This document shows, piece after piece, positions 1 to 7,127 of a stretch of 18,332 nt of DNA. The DNA is from a virus. The translations under genes were made by a program, and so were the position numbers. How positions within the stretch are numbered: the stretch's first letter is position 1; each line of letters begins with the position of its first letter. The stretch is taken from positions 1 through 18,332 of IMG/VR virus record IMGVR_UViG_3300006217_000549. One strand, given 5' to 3'. The notes beneath the pieces are model-generated. The model was given only the letters and a program-made list of their open reading frames with translations, searched no databases and was not told where the DNA came from.

Positions 1-2
1 GC

Positions 3-179
3 GGAGACGACGACCAGTGGTACTTCCCTGCCATAGCCATGCGCGACACTATAATTCATATAAACGACCGGGTTTGTCAGTTCCGCATTGCCGAGCACCA
101 GCCTGAACTGACATTTGAGATAGTTGACACGCTGGGTAATGAAAACCGTGGCGGCTTAGGGTCTACAGGAGTGAGGTAA
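3..179 (+). CDS. dut: dUTP diphosphatase (dUTPase), C-terminal fragment; 5' end outside window
   Basis: Frame-3 ORF is open from the window edge to TAA 177-179. The translation ..DRVCQFRIAEHQPELTFEIVDTLGNENRGGLGSTGVR ends in the trimeric-dUTPase motif 5 pattern R-G-x-x-G-x-G-S-T-G. Confidence 0.6.
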   Translation, partial: GDDDQWYFPAIAMRDTIIHINDRVCQFRIAEHQPELTFEIVDTLGNENRGGLGSTGVR

Positions 180-184
180 CGAGA

Positions 185-535
185 ATGCAAACCGATAGAT
201 ATACAACTGTCTTTGAATATCTGCAAAATCTTCCCCAGCCACTTTTTGAAGCAACGCTTCTTGGCCTGATGGGATTCCCAATGAACGCTGACTGTGAGGA
301 ATGGTTTCATAAATGGATGCAGCGTCCCTACACTGACGTTTTTTCAGAAACTAATTCTCCACTTACAGACAGTGCGCTTACAATTCCCTTGGGCCGCATG
401 TTCACGATGCTCGGAAAAAGGATTTCCGATCTCCCTATAGATAAACAGGACAAGCTCAAAAATGCTATGAAAGACTACTGCGAGGTCTGTGACAGTATCA
501 ATCAGGACATCGCAACCCAAGAAAAAACAGGATAA
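185..535 (+). CDS. hypothetical phage protein (116 aa)
   Basis: ATG ORF with SD-like GGAGTGAGG a few nt upstream, packed 5 nt after the dUTPase stop. No motif recognised. Confidence 0.6.
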   Translation: MQTDRYTTVFEYLQNLPQPLFEATLLGLMGFPMNADCEEWFHKWMQRPYTDVFSETNSPLTDSALTIPLGRMFTMLGKRISDLPIDKQDKLKNAMKDYCEVCDSINQDIATQEKTG

Positions 536-554
536 ATAATTTAGAGGTAAAGAA

Positions 555-758
555 ATGGACATAAAGTACCACAGATTTTTGATTGGAACAAAAGAACGCC
601 CAACGGTGTTTCTTATGAAAAGCGGTGATGTCAGCGAGGATGCCGAGGACGCCCAATTATTTGAAACAATTGATGACGCAAATTCTGAAATTCAGAAATG
701 CGACGAGCCTGAACATTTTAAGCTGTATGGTGTTGAAGTAATCGTTAAGGGCGTATAA
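555..758 (+). CDS. hypothetical phage protein (67 aa)
   Basis: ATG preceded by AGAGGTAAAGAA SD. Same-strand operon context. Confidence 0.6.
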   Translation: MDIKYHRFLIGTKERPTVFLMKSGDVSEDAEDAQLFETIDDANSEIQKCDEPEHFKLYGVEVIVKGV

Positions 759-818
759 AAATAATTTGACGAATGCTCCAACACCACAAAAGATGATTTT
801 ATCGAAAGGAATCGCAGC

Positions 819-1229
819 ATGACCGCAGAAAATACCTTGCAGTGGATGATGGACTTTTATCCTGATATATTTCCAACACGGCAACAGTGTCTGGACCATC
901 TGTTTTGCACAATCGGAAATGGATACAAATGGATAAATGGCGAATTGGTTTATGAAGATTTTCTCAGCAAACGATACTCAATGAGAGAAAAAATTGAACG
1001 GGCTGAGGCGTGGTATGAAGACTTATATAAACAACGGCGCAGAATTGAACTTGAGTTAGCAAAAAAAGATCCAAATTATACGCCTAACCCAAAGTATTTC
1101 AATTCTTGGTCTTCTCCATCCAAGAAATATTCATTTTTATATAACTATCCGTCAGACATTAAGCCGGATTGGGCCAAAATCTTAAACGAATGCAAAGAGA
1201 TGCTTATTGCAGACGGAATTGAGATTTGA
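819..1229 (+). CDS. hypothetical phage protein (136 aa)
   Basis: ATG preceded by GAAAGGAA SD. Protein-like composition, no motif recognised. Confidence 0.65.
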   Translation: MTAENTLQWMMDFYPDIFPTRQQCLDHLFCTIGNGYKWINGELVYEDFLSKRYSMREKIERAEAWYEDLYKQRRRIELELAKKDPNYTPNPKYFNSWSSPSKKYSFLYNYPSDIKPDWAKILNECKEMLIADGIEI

Positions 1230-1272
1230 AACGGTATATATCAGGACAAAACAATAATTTTATTCAGATTTA

Positions 1273-1692
1273 TCACAGAATATCTTCCTTGAAAATTGGG
1301 AAAATCGGGAATATGTCATTCCAGTCAAAGATAATCTCGTCTGCTGAATATTCCGCTCCTTGACAAAGCGTAAACTTCTTGGATGTTTTCTTCAGTTCTT
1401 TACAAAGGGATATCACCTCGTCACGCGTGAGATGGGAAAGCCAGTAATCGTGGACCACGCACTCCAAATCCAACTGAAGCTGTTCCGCAATTGCCTGTGC
1501 TTCCCTCTCCATATCATCTCCCTGCTCGATGTCTCCGTCAAAAATCAGCCCAAAACCCAAGTAGGATTTATTGTTGTCGAAGTCTTCCTGATATTTCTCT
1601 TCCAAAGCGCTGACGCCATCCGGGTCAATCTGCATTGCGGCCTCTGTGACACCCCTGCCAAACAATCTATCTCTTAAAGCACAAATATCCAT
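1273..1692 (-). CDS. strongly acidic hypothetical protein (139 aa), opposite strand to the surrounding operon
   Basis: The track ORF 1273-1713 is trimmed to the ATG at 1692, which has GGAGGTG 6 nt upstream. 31 D/E versus 13 K/R residues by my count. Confidence 0.65.
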   Translation of the reverse strand: MDICALRDRLFGRGVTEAAMQIDPDGVSALEEKYQEDFDNNKSYLGFGLIFDGDIEQGDDMEREAQAIAEQLQLDLECVVHDYWLSHLTRDEVISLCKELKKTSKKFTLCQGAEYSADEIIFDWNDIFPIFPIFKEDIL

Positions 1693-1731
1693 ATTACGCA
1701 CCTCCAAGCTCAAATTATATTACCATCCTCT

Positions 1732-1762
1732 CCGATTTTCAACAGTATATTTAGAAAATCGG
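1732..1762. promoter_or_regulatory. perfect 9-bp inverted repeat CCGATTTTC-N13-GAAAATCGG in a divergent intergenic region (operator-like)
   Basis: Arms at 1732-1740 and 1754-1762 were read directly. It lies between divergent genes 1273-1692(-) and 1806-2393(+). No adjacent T-run, so it is not a typical terminator. Confidence 0.35.
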
Positions 1763-1805
1763 TAAATCTTGAACATATGTTACTAAAAAAGATTGGAGAA
1801 AGTCA

Positions 1806-2393
1806 ATGTTATACTTAGCAATGAACCTTCCTGATATTATCATGTTGGACTCAGGAAAGATGGCCTTGTTCCCTGTTCCGCTGACCAAAAAAGGAAACCC
1901 TTACAGGATTGGCGATGTTATAGGAATCAAGGAGCCATTCAAAAAAATCAGATGTCACATTGACAGATATGAAAACGGCAAGACAATCGACGAAGACAAT
2001 ATTATTGGTGTAAGGTATCGGTTTGACAGTGCTATGGCCTGGGAGTGTGGAGTGACACCACCTAATAATGAGTTCTACTTATCCACTATCGCAGATGCAG
2101 AGCATTGGAGTGCTGCGAGAACCATGCCTGAATTTGCTGTGCGCCGTCACATTCATATTGTAAAGGCAGAAGAAAAGTCTCTCGAGGAATTTACTGACGA
2201 AGATATCTGTCAGATGCACTTGAATTATAACCCTACTGATAATCAACAAACCATCATCAAGGAATATCTGCCAGCAAAAAACCACGAGCTTTTTCTGGAC
2301 TGGTGGAGAAATCACTATAAAGCCACTATGAAAGAATGCGATACCCCTATGGCGATAGCCCTTTACATAAAACCAGCAGAAACATTGAGGTGA
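1806..2393 (+). CDS. hypothetical phage protein (195 aa)
   Basis: ATG with TGGAGAA SD. The N-terminal segment ..YRIGDVIGIKEPF.. is vaguely ASCH/PUA-like, but I cannot support a family call. Confidence 0.65.
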   Translation: MLYLAMNLPDIIMLDSGKMALFPVPLTKKGNPYRIGDVIGIKEPFKKIRCHIDRYENGKTIDEDNIIGVRYRFDSAMAWECGVTPPNNEFYLSTIADAEHWSAARTMPEFAVRRHIHIVKAEEKSLEEFTDEDICQMHLNYNPTDNQQTIIKEYLPAKNHELFLDWWRNHYKATMKECDTPMAIALYIKPAETLR

Positions 2394-2395
2394 CT

Positions 2396-2614
2396 ATGAG
2401 AGAGTACGGATGCAGAATTCTTTTGGAGCACAAACAAGCTCAACGCTTTTTGGAGGAAGCAATGCACCCAGATATAGAGGTACTGCGGAGAAGAGACACT
2501 TTTCTTGCAAGACTTGATGATGAGTGTCCGATATGGATAGAGGGTTCAGAAATTGTAATGGAAATTCCCGATGTGGATGTAACTGCTTTAATGGACTTTG
2601 AGGGTACTTTATAA
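2396..2614 (+). CDS. hypothetical phage protein (72 aa)
   Basis: The track ORF 2336-2614 is trimmed to the ATG at 2396, preceded by GAGGTG. This avoids a long overlap with the upstream gene. Confidence 0.55.
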   Translation: MREYGCRILLEHKQAQRFLEEAMHPDIEVLRRRDTFLARLDDECPIWIEGSEIVMEIPDVDVTALMDFEGTL

Positions 2615-2988
2615 TGCGTATTATTATTGCTGGCGGAAGGGATTTCAACAACTACTCCGAACTGGCTAAAACAATGGATTACCTGCTATCAAATATCACA
2701 GACGATATCACAATCGTATGTGGGAAAGCCCGTGGAGCAGACACGCTTGGAGAGCAATACGTCAAAGAAAAAGGATATGCAATTCTCTACTTCCCTGCTG
2801 ATTGGAACAAATACGGACGTTCTGCTGGTTTTATCCGTAATGAACAAATGGCTAAAAACGCTGATGCTCTGGCAGCATTTTGGGATGGCCAGAGCGTTGG
2901 AACCAGACACATGATAGAGACGGCCAAGAAAAATAATCTGCTTGTCCGGATACATCGCTACAAAGCCAAACAAAACAAAGGTGAATGA
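2614..2988 (+). CDS. DUF2493 / SLOG-family protein (124 aa)
   Basis: MRIIIAGGRDF..IVCGKARGADTLGEQY..FPADW..YGRSAGFIRNEQM..ADALAAFWDGQSVGTRHMI matches the DUF2493 SLOG pattern (Rossmann-like GGR..G.A.GAD..G..RN..M). The start overlaps the previous stop (TAATG). Confidence 0.75.
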   Translation: MRIIIAGGRDFNNYSELAKTMDYLLSNITDDITIVCGKARGADTLGEQYVKEKGYAILYFPADWNKYGRSAGFIRNEQMAKNADALAAFWDGQSVGTRHMIETAKKNNLLVRIHRYKAKQNKGE

Positions 2989-2997
2989 GATATTGAG

Positions 2998-3402
2998 GTG
3001 ATGCAGTTGAGTAAAATCGATACATATATTGCTATGCGAGAATCTGGCATGACATATGAAAGCATTGCACAACAATTTGGAGTCAGCCGCCAAGCAGTAT
3101 TTGATGCCATCAAGAAAAAATCAAAGCCATACAAAATAAGTCCTTCTTCTGTAATTTACAGTGGCCTCCGGACCTGGATGAGCAAAAACCGTGTATCCGT
3201 ATCTAAAATGGAAAGAGAAACTGGTTTACGACTCAGATGTGGCTTAAAGGCAGGAACTTTAGACAACGACACCAAGAAAAAGATTGCAGAATATACAAAG
3301 TCAAATTATGAAGAACTTTTTTATGATGCAATAAAGGGCCCAATTGGTGTTTTTAATATCAGTGAAAATAATGTGGACATTATGGAGAGGTGTATAAAAT
3401 GA
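2998..3402 (+). CDS. helix-turn-helix DNA-binding protein (about 131-134 aa)
   Basis: The N-terminus ..RESGMTYESIAQQFGVSRQAVFDAIKK is a typical sigma-70 region-4/resolvase-type HTH. The start is ambiguous: GTG 2998, ATG 3001, or TTG 3007 (6 nt after GAGGTG). Confidence 0.6.
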   Translation: MMQLSKIDTYIAMRESGMTYESIAQQFGVSRQAVFDAIKKKSKPYKISPSSVIYSGLRTWMSKNRVSVSKMERETGLRLRCGLKAGTLDNDTKKKIAEYTKSNYEELFYDAIKGPIGVFNISENNVDIMERCIK

Positions 3403-3617
3403 CAATGCAAAACGCACAAGCGGAATACTTTGCGTTTATGGGAGACTCTTGCGAATCTGGGCCAGTGCCAAAGCTCAACGAAATTGAGCATAGTATCGAA
3501 GAATGTAAGGCAATGCTTGCTCATGCTATCTATCTGACTGACAAAAACGAAATCAGCTTTTGGAGACGAATGCTCCAAACATCCAAAGTGCAAAGAAGGG
3601 AGCATTTAGCAACCTAA
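3399..3617 (+). CDS. hypothetical phage protein (72 aa)
   Basis: ATG 3399 is preceded by GGAGAGGTG and overlaps the upstream TGA (ATGA). Confidence 0.55.
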   Translation: MTMQNAQAEYFAFMGDSCESGPVPKLNEIEHSIEECKAMLAHAIYLTDKNEISFWRRMLQTSKVQRREHLAT

Positions 3618-3728
3618 CTGTTTTGTGATGGCGAGTGGCGAACAAGTTACACTGAAGCCTTTGCGGATTGTAGGTCAATCTAATGGTAGTCAAGAGGTGT
3701 CGGGTATGTTGCTCAATACATACTCTTC

Positions 3729-4466
3729 ATGCACTATTCAGTCGGTTGGTCTGGCGGAAAAGATAGCACAGCAAGCATTATACTAGCTCATATACACAAT
3801 GAACCCGTTGATAGTATTGTGTTTGTAGAAGTGATGTTTGATATAGCAAATGGAATCAGTGGGGAGAACCCACAACATATTGACTTCATAAAGAATAAAG
3901 CAATACCATTATTTGAATCATGGGGATATAAAGTTGATGTCGTTCATTCTGACCGTGATTTTCTATCCGTATTCAACAGAGTGATTGAAAGACCTACAAA
4001 GCATCTTGAACACAAAGGTCTGAAATACGGGTTCCCTCCAAATGGTCTTTGCTCAATAAAGCGAGACTGTAAAATGAGAGCGATCAAGTCATATTATAAG
4101 AACATTGCAGAAGAGTACATTCAGTATGTTGGAATTGCGGTTGACGAGCCGAAGCATCTTGCAAGACTCCATAAAACAAAAAACATTTCTCTACTTGAAA
4201 AAAATGGCCTGACAGAATCTAATGCAATGCAATTATGTAAAGAATGCGATTTATTAAGTCCAACTTATAAATTATCCAAAAGAGGTGGATGCTGGTTCTG
4301 CCCTAATGCAAAGTTGACAGAACACAGAGACATACGAAATCGATATCCAGAAGTATGGAAGCAGTACATCAATCTTGAGTGTGAAAAGGTTGCGTTTGAT
4401 AAATGGAATACGTTTTCAGATAAGACTCTTCACGATATAGAGCAAATATTATCAAAAGAAGAATAA
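3729..4466 (+). CDS. phosphoadenosine phosphosulfate (PAPS) reductase-family PP-loop ATPase, phage type
   Basis: PP-loop motif WSGGKDSTA at residues 7-15 and the C-terminal GGCWFCP cysteine pair typical of phage PAPS-reductase-like proteins. There is no SD at the proper distance from the ATG (see findings). Confidence 0.85.
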   Translation: MHYSVGWSGGKDSTASIILAHIHNEPVDSIVFVEVMFDIANGISGENPQHIDFIKNKAIPLFESWGYKVDVVHSDRDFLSVFNRVIERPTKHLEHKGLKYGFPPNGLCSIKRDCKMRAIKSYYKNIAEEYIQYVGIAVDEPKHLARLHKTKNISLLEKNGLTESNAMQLCKECDLLSPTYKLSKRGGCWFCPNAKLTEHRDIRNRYPEVWKQYINLECEKVAFDKWNTFSDKTLHDIEQILSKEE

Positions 4467-4478
4467 AAGGAAGGTTTT

Positions 4479-4853
4479 ATGAAGATTATTGATTTTCTTA
4501 AATTGGTAAGAAGTATTCCTTCGCAAAATAGGGCTCCAGCTATTAGAGATGAGGACTTGGAGACTTTGATTAACCAAATCGACATGGCAAAGGATGATGA
4601 CCGATATAGCCCATATCCAATTCTTGGGACCAGACCGCAGCAATACATTCCTCTCGGGCTACTTACGATACACGAGGGACAGGCGTGGAAGAATCATATG
4701 CAATCTCTTAGTCAACTGGCAGAAAGAGGTGGGCTGAGTTGGGCCGAGGCGCTTGCTATTATAGAAGGCAAGAAATGGAAAGACGCAGAACACGATGAAA
4801 ATACTGCTGAGGTAATTATCAGAAAAATGGTGTCTGAGTACATGAAAGGCTGA
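4479..4853 (+). CDS. hypothetical phage protein (124 aa)
   Basis: ATG with AAAGGAAGG SD. No family recognised. Confidence 0.65.
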   Translation: MKIIDFLKLVRSIPSQNRAPAIRDEDLETLINQIDMAKDDDRYSPYPILGTRPQQYIPLGLLTIHEGQAWKNHMQSLSQLAERGGLSWAEALAIIEGKKWKDAEHDENTAEVIIRKMVSEYMKG

Positions 4854-4860
4854 TTATTGC

Positions 4861-5148
4861 ATGAATCTGAAATTAAAACCATGTCCATTCTGCGGTGGAG
4901 CCGGTAGAGTAAGAGCATTCAAAAATGGATACAGGATTGTTTGTAAAAACTGCGGTTCCACCTCACGTTACTTATTTATTCAGCCGTGGCATGACAGCAA
5001 ATCAGTTGCTCAGTGTCAAGCTGCAAAAGCATGGAATTCCCGTATAAAGCAATTTTCCAGTCCTTGTGATTTATGTATGTATAATCCCCCGTCAAGTACA
5101 GATGGAAAACCGTGCAGTATGTGTCCCGCAGGCGCAATTCACAAATAA
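4861..5148 (+). CDS. lar: Lar-family restriction-alleviation-like zinc-ribbon protein with an extra C-terminal CxxC..PPSS..GKPCxxCP module
   Basis: LKPCPFCGG..VCKNCG..AAKAWNSR is the Lar-family (Rac prophage Lar-like) pattern. The C-terminal CDLCMYNPPSSTDGKPCSMCPAG is shared with ORF 9905-10195. Confidence 0.7.
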   Translation: MNLKLKPCPFCGGAGRVRAFKNGYRIVCKNCGSTSRYLFIQPWHDSKSVAQCQAAKAWNSRIKQFSSPCDLCMYNPPSSTDGKPCSMCPAGAIHK

Positions 5149-5161
5149 AAGAAAGGTTAAA

Positions 5162-5341
5162 ATGGTGACAAAAATGGCAGAGTTTTGCAGGAAATGTTTC
5201 ATCAGTCGTTTAATGCCCAGCAAATATGATATAGACCATATTGTAATGAGCGAGGACGAGGACTTTTGCGAAGGATGTATGAAGTGGGGAAAATATGTAG
5301 ACCACATTGATTGCTCCGAACGCAAAGAAAATAAAGAATAA
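5162..5341 (+). CDS. small zinc-finger protein (59 aa), paralog of the N-terminus of 8856-9188
   Basis: The track ORF is trimmed to ATG 5162 (AAAGAAAGG upstream). It has CRKC and CEGC pairs. It shares ..HIVMS.D..FCEGCM....YVDHID with 8856-9188, including 15-nt and 18-nt identical DNA blocks. Confidence 0.6.
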   Translation: MVTKMAEFCRKCFISRLMPSKYDIDHIVMSEDEDFCEGCMKWGKYVDHIDCSERKENKE

Positions 5342-5357
5342 AAAAAGGAAGATTGTT

Positions 5358-5861
5358 ATGTATCAGGAACGACGTAGCGTATTTGAAACAAACTCAAGCA
5401 GCACACACAGTATTTGCATCACGAAAGACACGAGAGCAGATCATTCATATCCGAAAAAGTTGGTTTTCCGTTTGGGGGAATTCGGATGGGAGCATGAAGA
5501 ACTTTTCACGCCGGAAGAGAAGGCTGCATACCTGTATACGAGCATCTTATCTCTTCAAACCAAAGAAGAAGCAGAGCGTTCTAAAAACAAAATTTTCGCT
5601 GTGCTTGGAGAGGTCGGAATCGACTGCGAATTTGAGCAAGCGGAGTATTGGGGAGATGGCTGGCTCAGTAATGGCTATGTAGATCATGCTGGCGATGGTG
5701 ACCATTATGATTTTGTCAATAAAACACTGAATAACCGAAACAGGCTGTTACGATACCTGTTCAGTGAGCAGAGCTTTGTTCTGACCGGAAATGATAATGA
5801 CGATTATGGTGTCGGTATTGATGTAGATTACCCGCATGAGGAATACTACAAGGGAAACTAA
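5358..5861 (+). CDS. uncharacterised protein with N-terminal VFETNSSSTHSI motif (167 aa)
   Basis: The track ORF is trimmed to ATG 5358 (AAAGGAAG SD). The motif is at residues 8-19. Later acidic/His-rich segments: GYVDHAGDGDHYDF and LTGNDNDDYG. Confidence 0.7.
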   Translation: MYQERRSVFETNSSSTHSICITKDTRADHSYPKKLVFRLGEFGWEHEELFTPEEKAAYLYTSILSLQTKEEAERSKNKIFAVLGEVGIDCEFEQAEYWGDGWLSNGYVDHAGDGDHYDFVNKTLNNRNRLLRYLFSEQSFVLTGNDNDDYGVGIDVDYPHEEYYKGN

Positions 5862-5881
5862 ATTTCAGGAGGAAAAATCAA

Positions 5882-6160
5882 ATGAAGCAAATCAGAAGAG
5901 GTGTCTTTGAGACCAACAGCAGCTCCACTCACAGCATTACAATCTGCACGCTGGAAGATTACGAAAAGTTTAAGAGAGGCGAACTTCTCTATGACAGATG
6001 GGAGGAAAAACTTGTTCCGGCAGACGCAGAGCATGTTTCCAGCGACGACTGTGAGACATACAAGGAATTTGGCAGATATCTTGAAACCTATGCTGAAGGA
6101 TTTAGAACACCAAGTGGTGACGAGATTGTTGCCTTCGGGTACTATGGCTACGACGGATAA
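5882..6160 (+). CDS. uncharacterised protein with the same N-terminal VFETNSSSTHSI motif (92 aa), short paralog
   Basis: AGGAGGAAAAA SD lies upstream. Residues 8-19 are identical to those of 5358-5861 although 7 of the 12 codons differ synonymously. Confidence 0.65.
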   Translation: MKQIRRGVFETNSSSTHSITICTLEDYEKFKRGELLYDRWEEKLVPADAEHVSSDDCETYKEFGRYLETYAEGFRTPSGDEIVAFGYYGYDG

Positions 6161-6176
6161 ACGAGGTGGTAGTGAA

Positions 6177-7106
6177 ATGAATCTTCTTGGTACATATCAG
6201 AACGGGAACTACACCGTAAAAATTTATAGTGACGGCACCAAAATCCGTAAAAACGACCTGGATTTTTTCAAGCCGGAGTTCCCGGAGTCCATGGATATCA
6301 AGATTACCAATCAATGCGACAAGTTGTGCAAGTTCTGCCATGAAGCGTCGGTTCCTGATGGACGGCATGGGGACGTTATGAACCTTCCGTTTCTGGAGAC
6401 GCTGCATCCATACACAGAACTGGCCATCGGAGGCGGCAATCCTTTGTCGCACCCCGACCTGATTCCATTCCTTGAAGGGCTGAAGGAACGCAAGCTGATT
6501 CCAAGTATGACGGCCAATCAAACGCATTTCCTGGAGAATATTCCTCTGTTATCGATGCTTTCTGAACGCGAACTTCTTTATGGCCTTGGAGTTTCCTTTA
6601 TTTCAGGCACACCCCAGGATGAATTGAACAGAATGATTGGCGCACTGGAGAAATTTCCGAACGCAGTAATCCACGTCATTAACGGCATTGTGTCCGTAGA
6701 GGAACTGCGTGCGCTCGCTTTCCATGATTTCAAGGTATTGATTCTTGGGTACAAGAAATTCCGGCGCGGAGCACATAACTGGGCAGAAGACGAAGAAGAG
6801 ATTGTATCAAGGCAGCGCAATCTGTACGACGAGCTTCCCGCCATCATCCAGTCTGGGTGGTTCCATACGGTCAGCTTTGATAACCTGGCCGTCAATCAGT
6901 TAGGTGTCCGGCGACTGATGGATAGTGCATCATGGGAACGTTTCTATATGGGAGACGACGGCAACTACACGATGTATGTGGACGCTGTAAACCGCGAATA
7001 TGCAGTCTGCTCGGTATCACAGGTACGGTATCCTCTGACGGATAACATCAAGGAAATGTTTGATACGGTTCTAAAAGAGCCAGAAAGGTACAGGGCAGAT
7101 AAGTAA
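6177..7106 (+). CDS. radical SAM protein (309 aa)
   Basis: The track ORF 5901-7106 is trimmed to ATG 6177 (GAGGTGG SD). It has the CX3CX2C cluster motif ITNQCDKLCKFCHE and a GGE-like motif IGGGNPLSHPDL. No C-terminal SPASM-type cysteines are present. Confidence 0.85.
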   Translation: MNLLGTYQNGNYTVKIYSDGTKIRKNDLDFFKPEFPESMDIKITNQCDKLCKFCHEASVPDGRHGDVMNLPFLETLHPYTELAIGGGNPLSHPDLIPFLEGLKERKLIPSMTANQTHFLENIPLLSMLSERELLYGLGVSFISGTPQDELNRMIGALEKFPNAVIHVINGIVSVEELRALAFHDFKVLILGYKKFRRGAHNWAEDEEEIVSRQRNLYDELPAIIQSGWFHTVSFDNLAVNQLGVRRLMDSASWERFYMGDDGNYTMYVDAVNREYAVCSVSQVRYPLTDNIKEMFDTVLKEPERYRADK

Positions 7107-7127
7107 TTCGCTTCAAGAGGAGATAAG

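Noticed and set aside
2627-2914. An alternative-frame 95-aa ORF lies inside the SLOG gene.
   Set aside because: The SLOG frame carries clear family motifs, and the alternative frame has no start signal or motif.
3618-3728. The 110-nt non-coding gap contains ..TCAATCTAATGGTAG.., which superficially resembles a tRNA D-arm. It might also be a riboswitch ahead of the PP-loop gene.
   Set aside because: There is no T-arm (GTTCRAnnC), no acceptor-stem complementarity, and no match I can recognise to preQ1, SAM or other riboswitch cores.
5901-6176. The radical-SAM reading frame stays open for 92 codons upstream of ATG 6177 and overlaps gene 5882-6160 in another frame. This suggests a longer rSAM protein or a +1 frameshift fusion of the VFETNSSSTHSI gene to the rSAM gene.
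   Set aside because: ATG 6177 has a textbook GAGGTGG SD. The overlapping frame 5882-6160 encodes the conserved motif and has its own SD. The upstream extension translates to low-complexity, non-protein-like sequence. No slippery site was seen. It is most likely a chance open frame.
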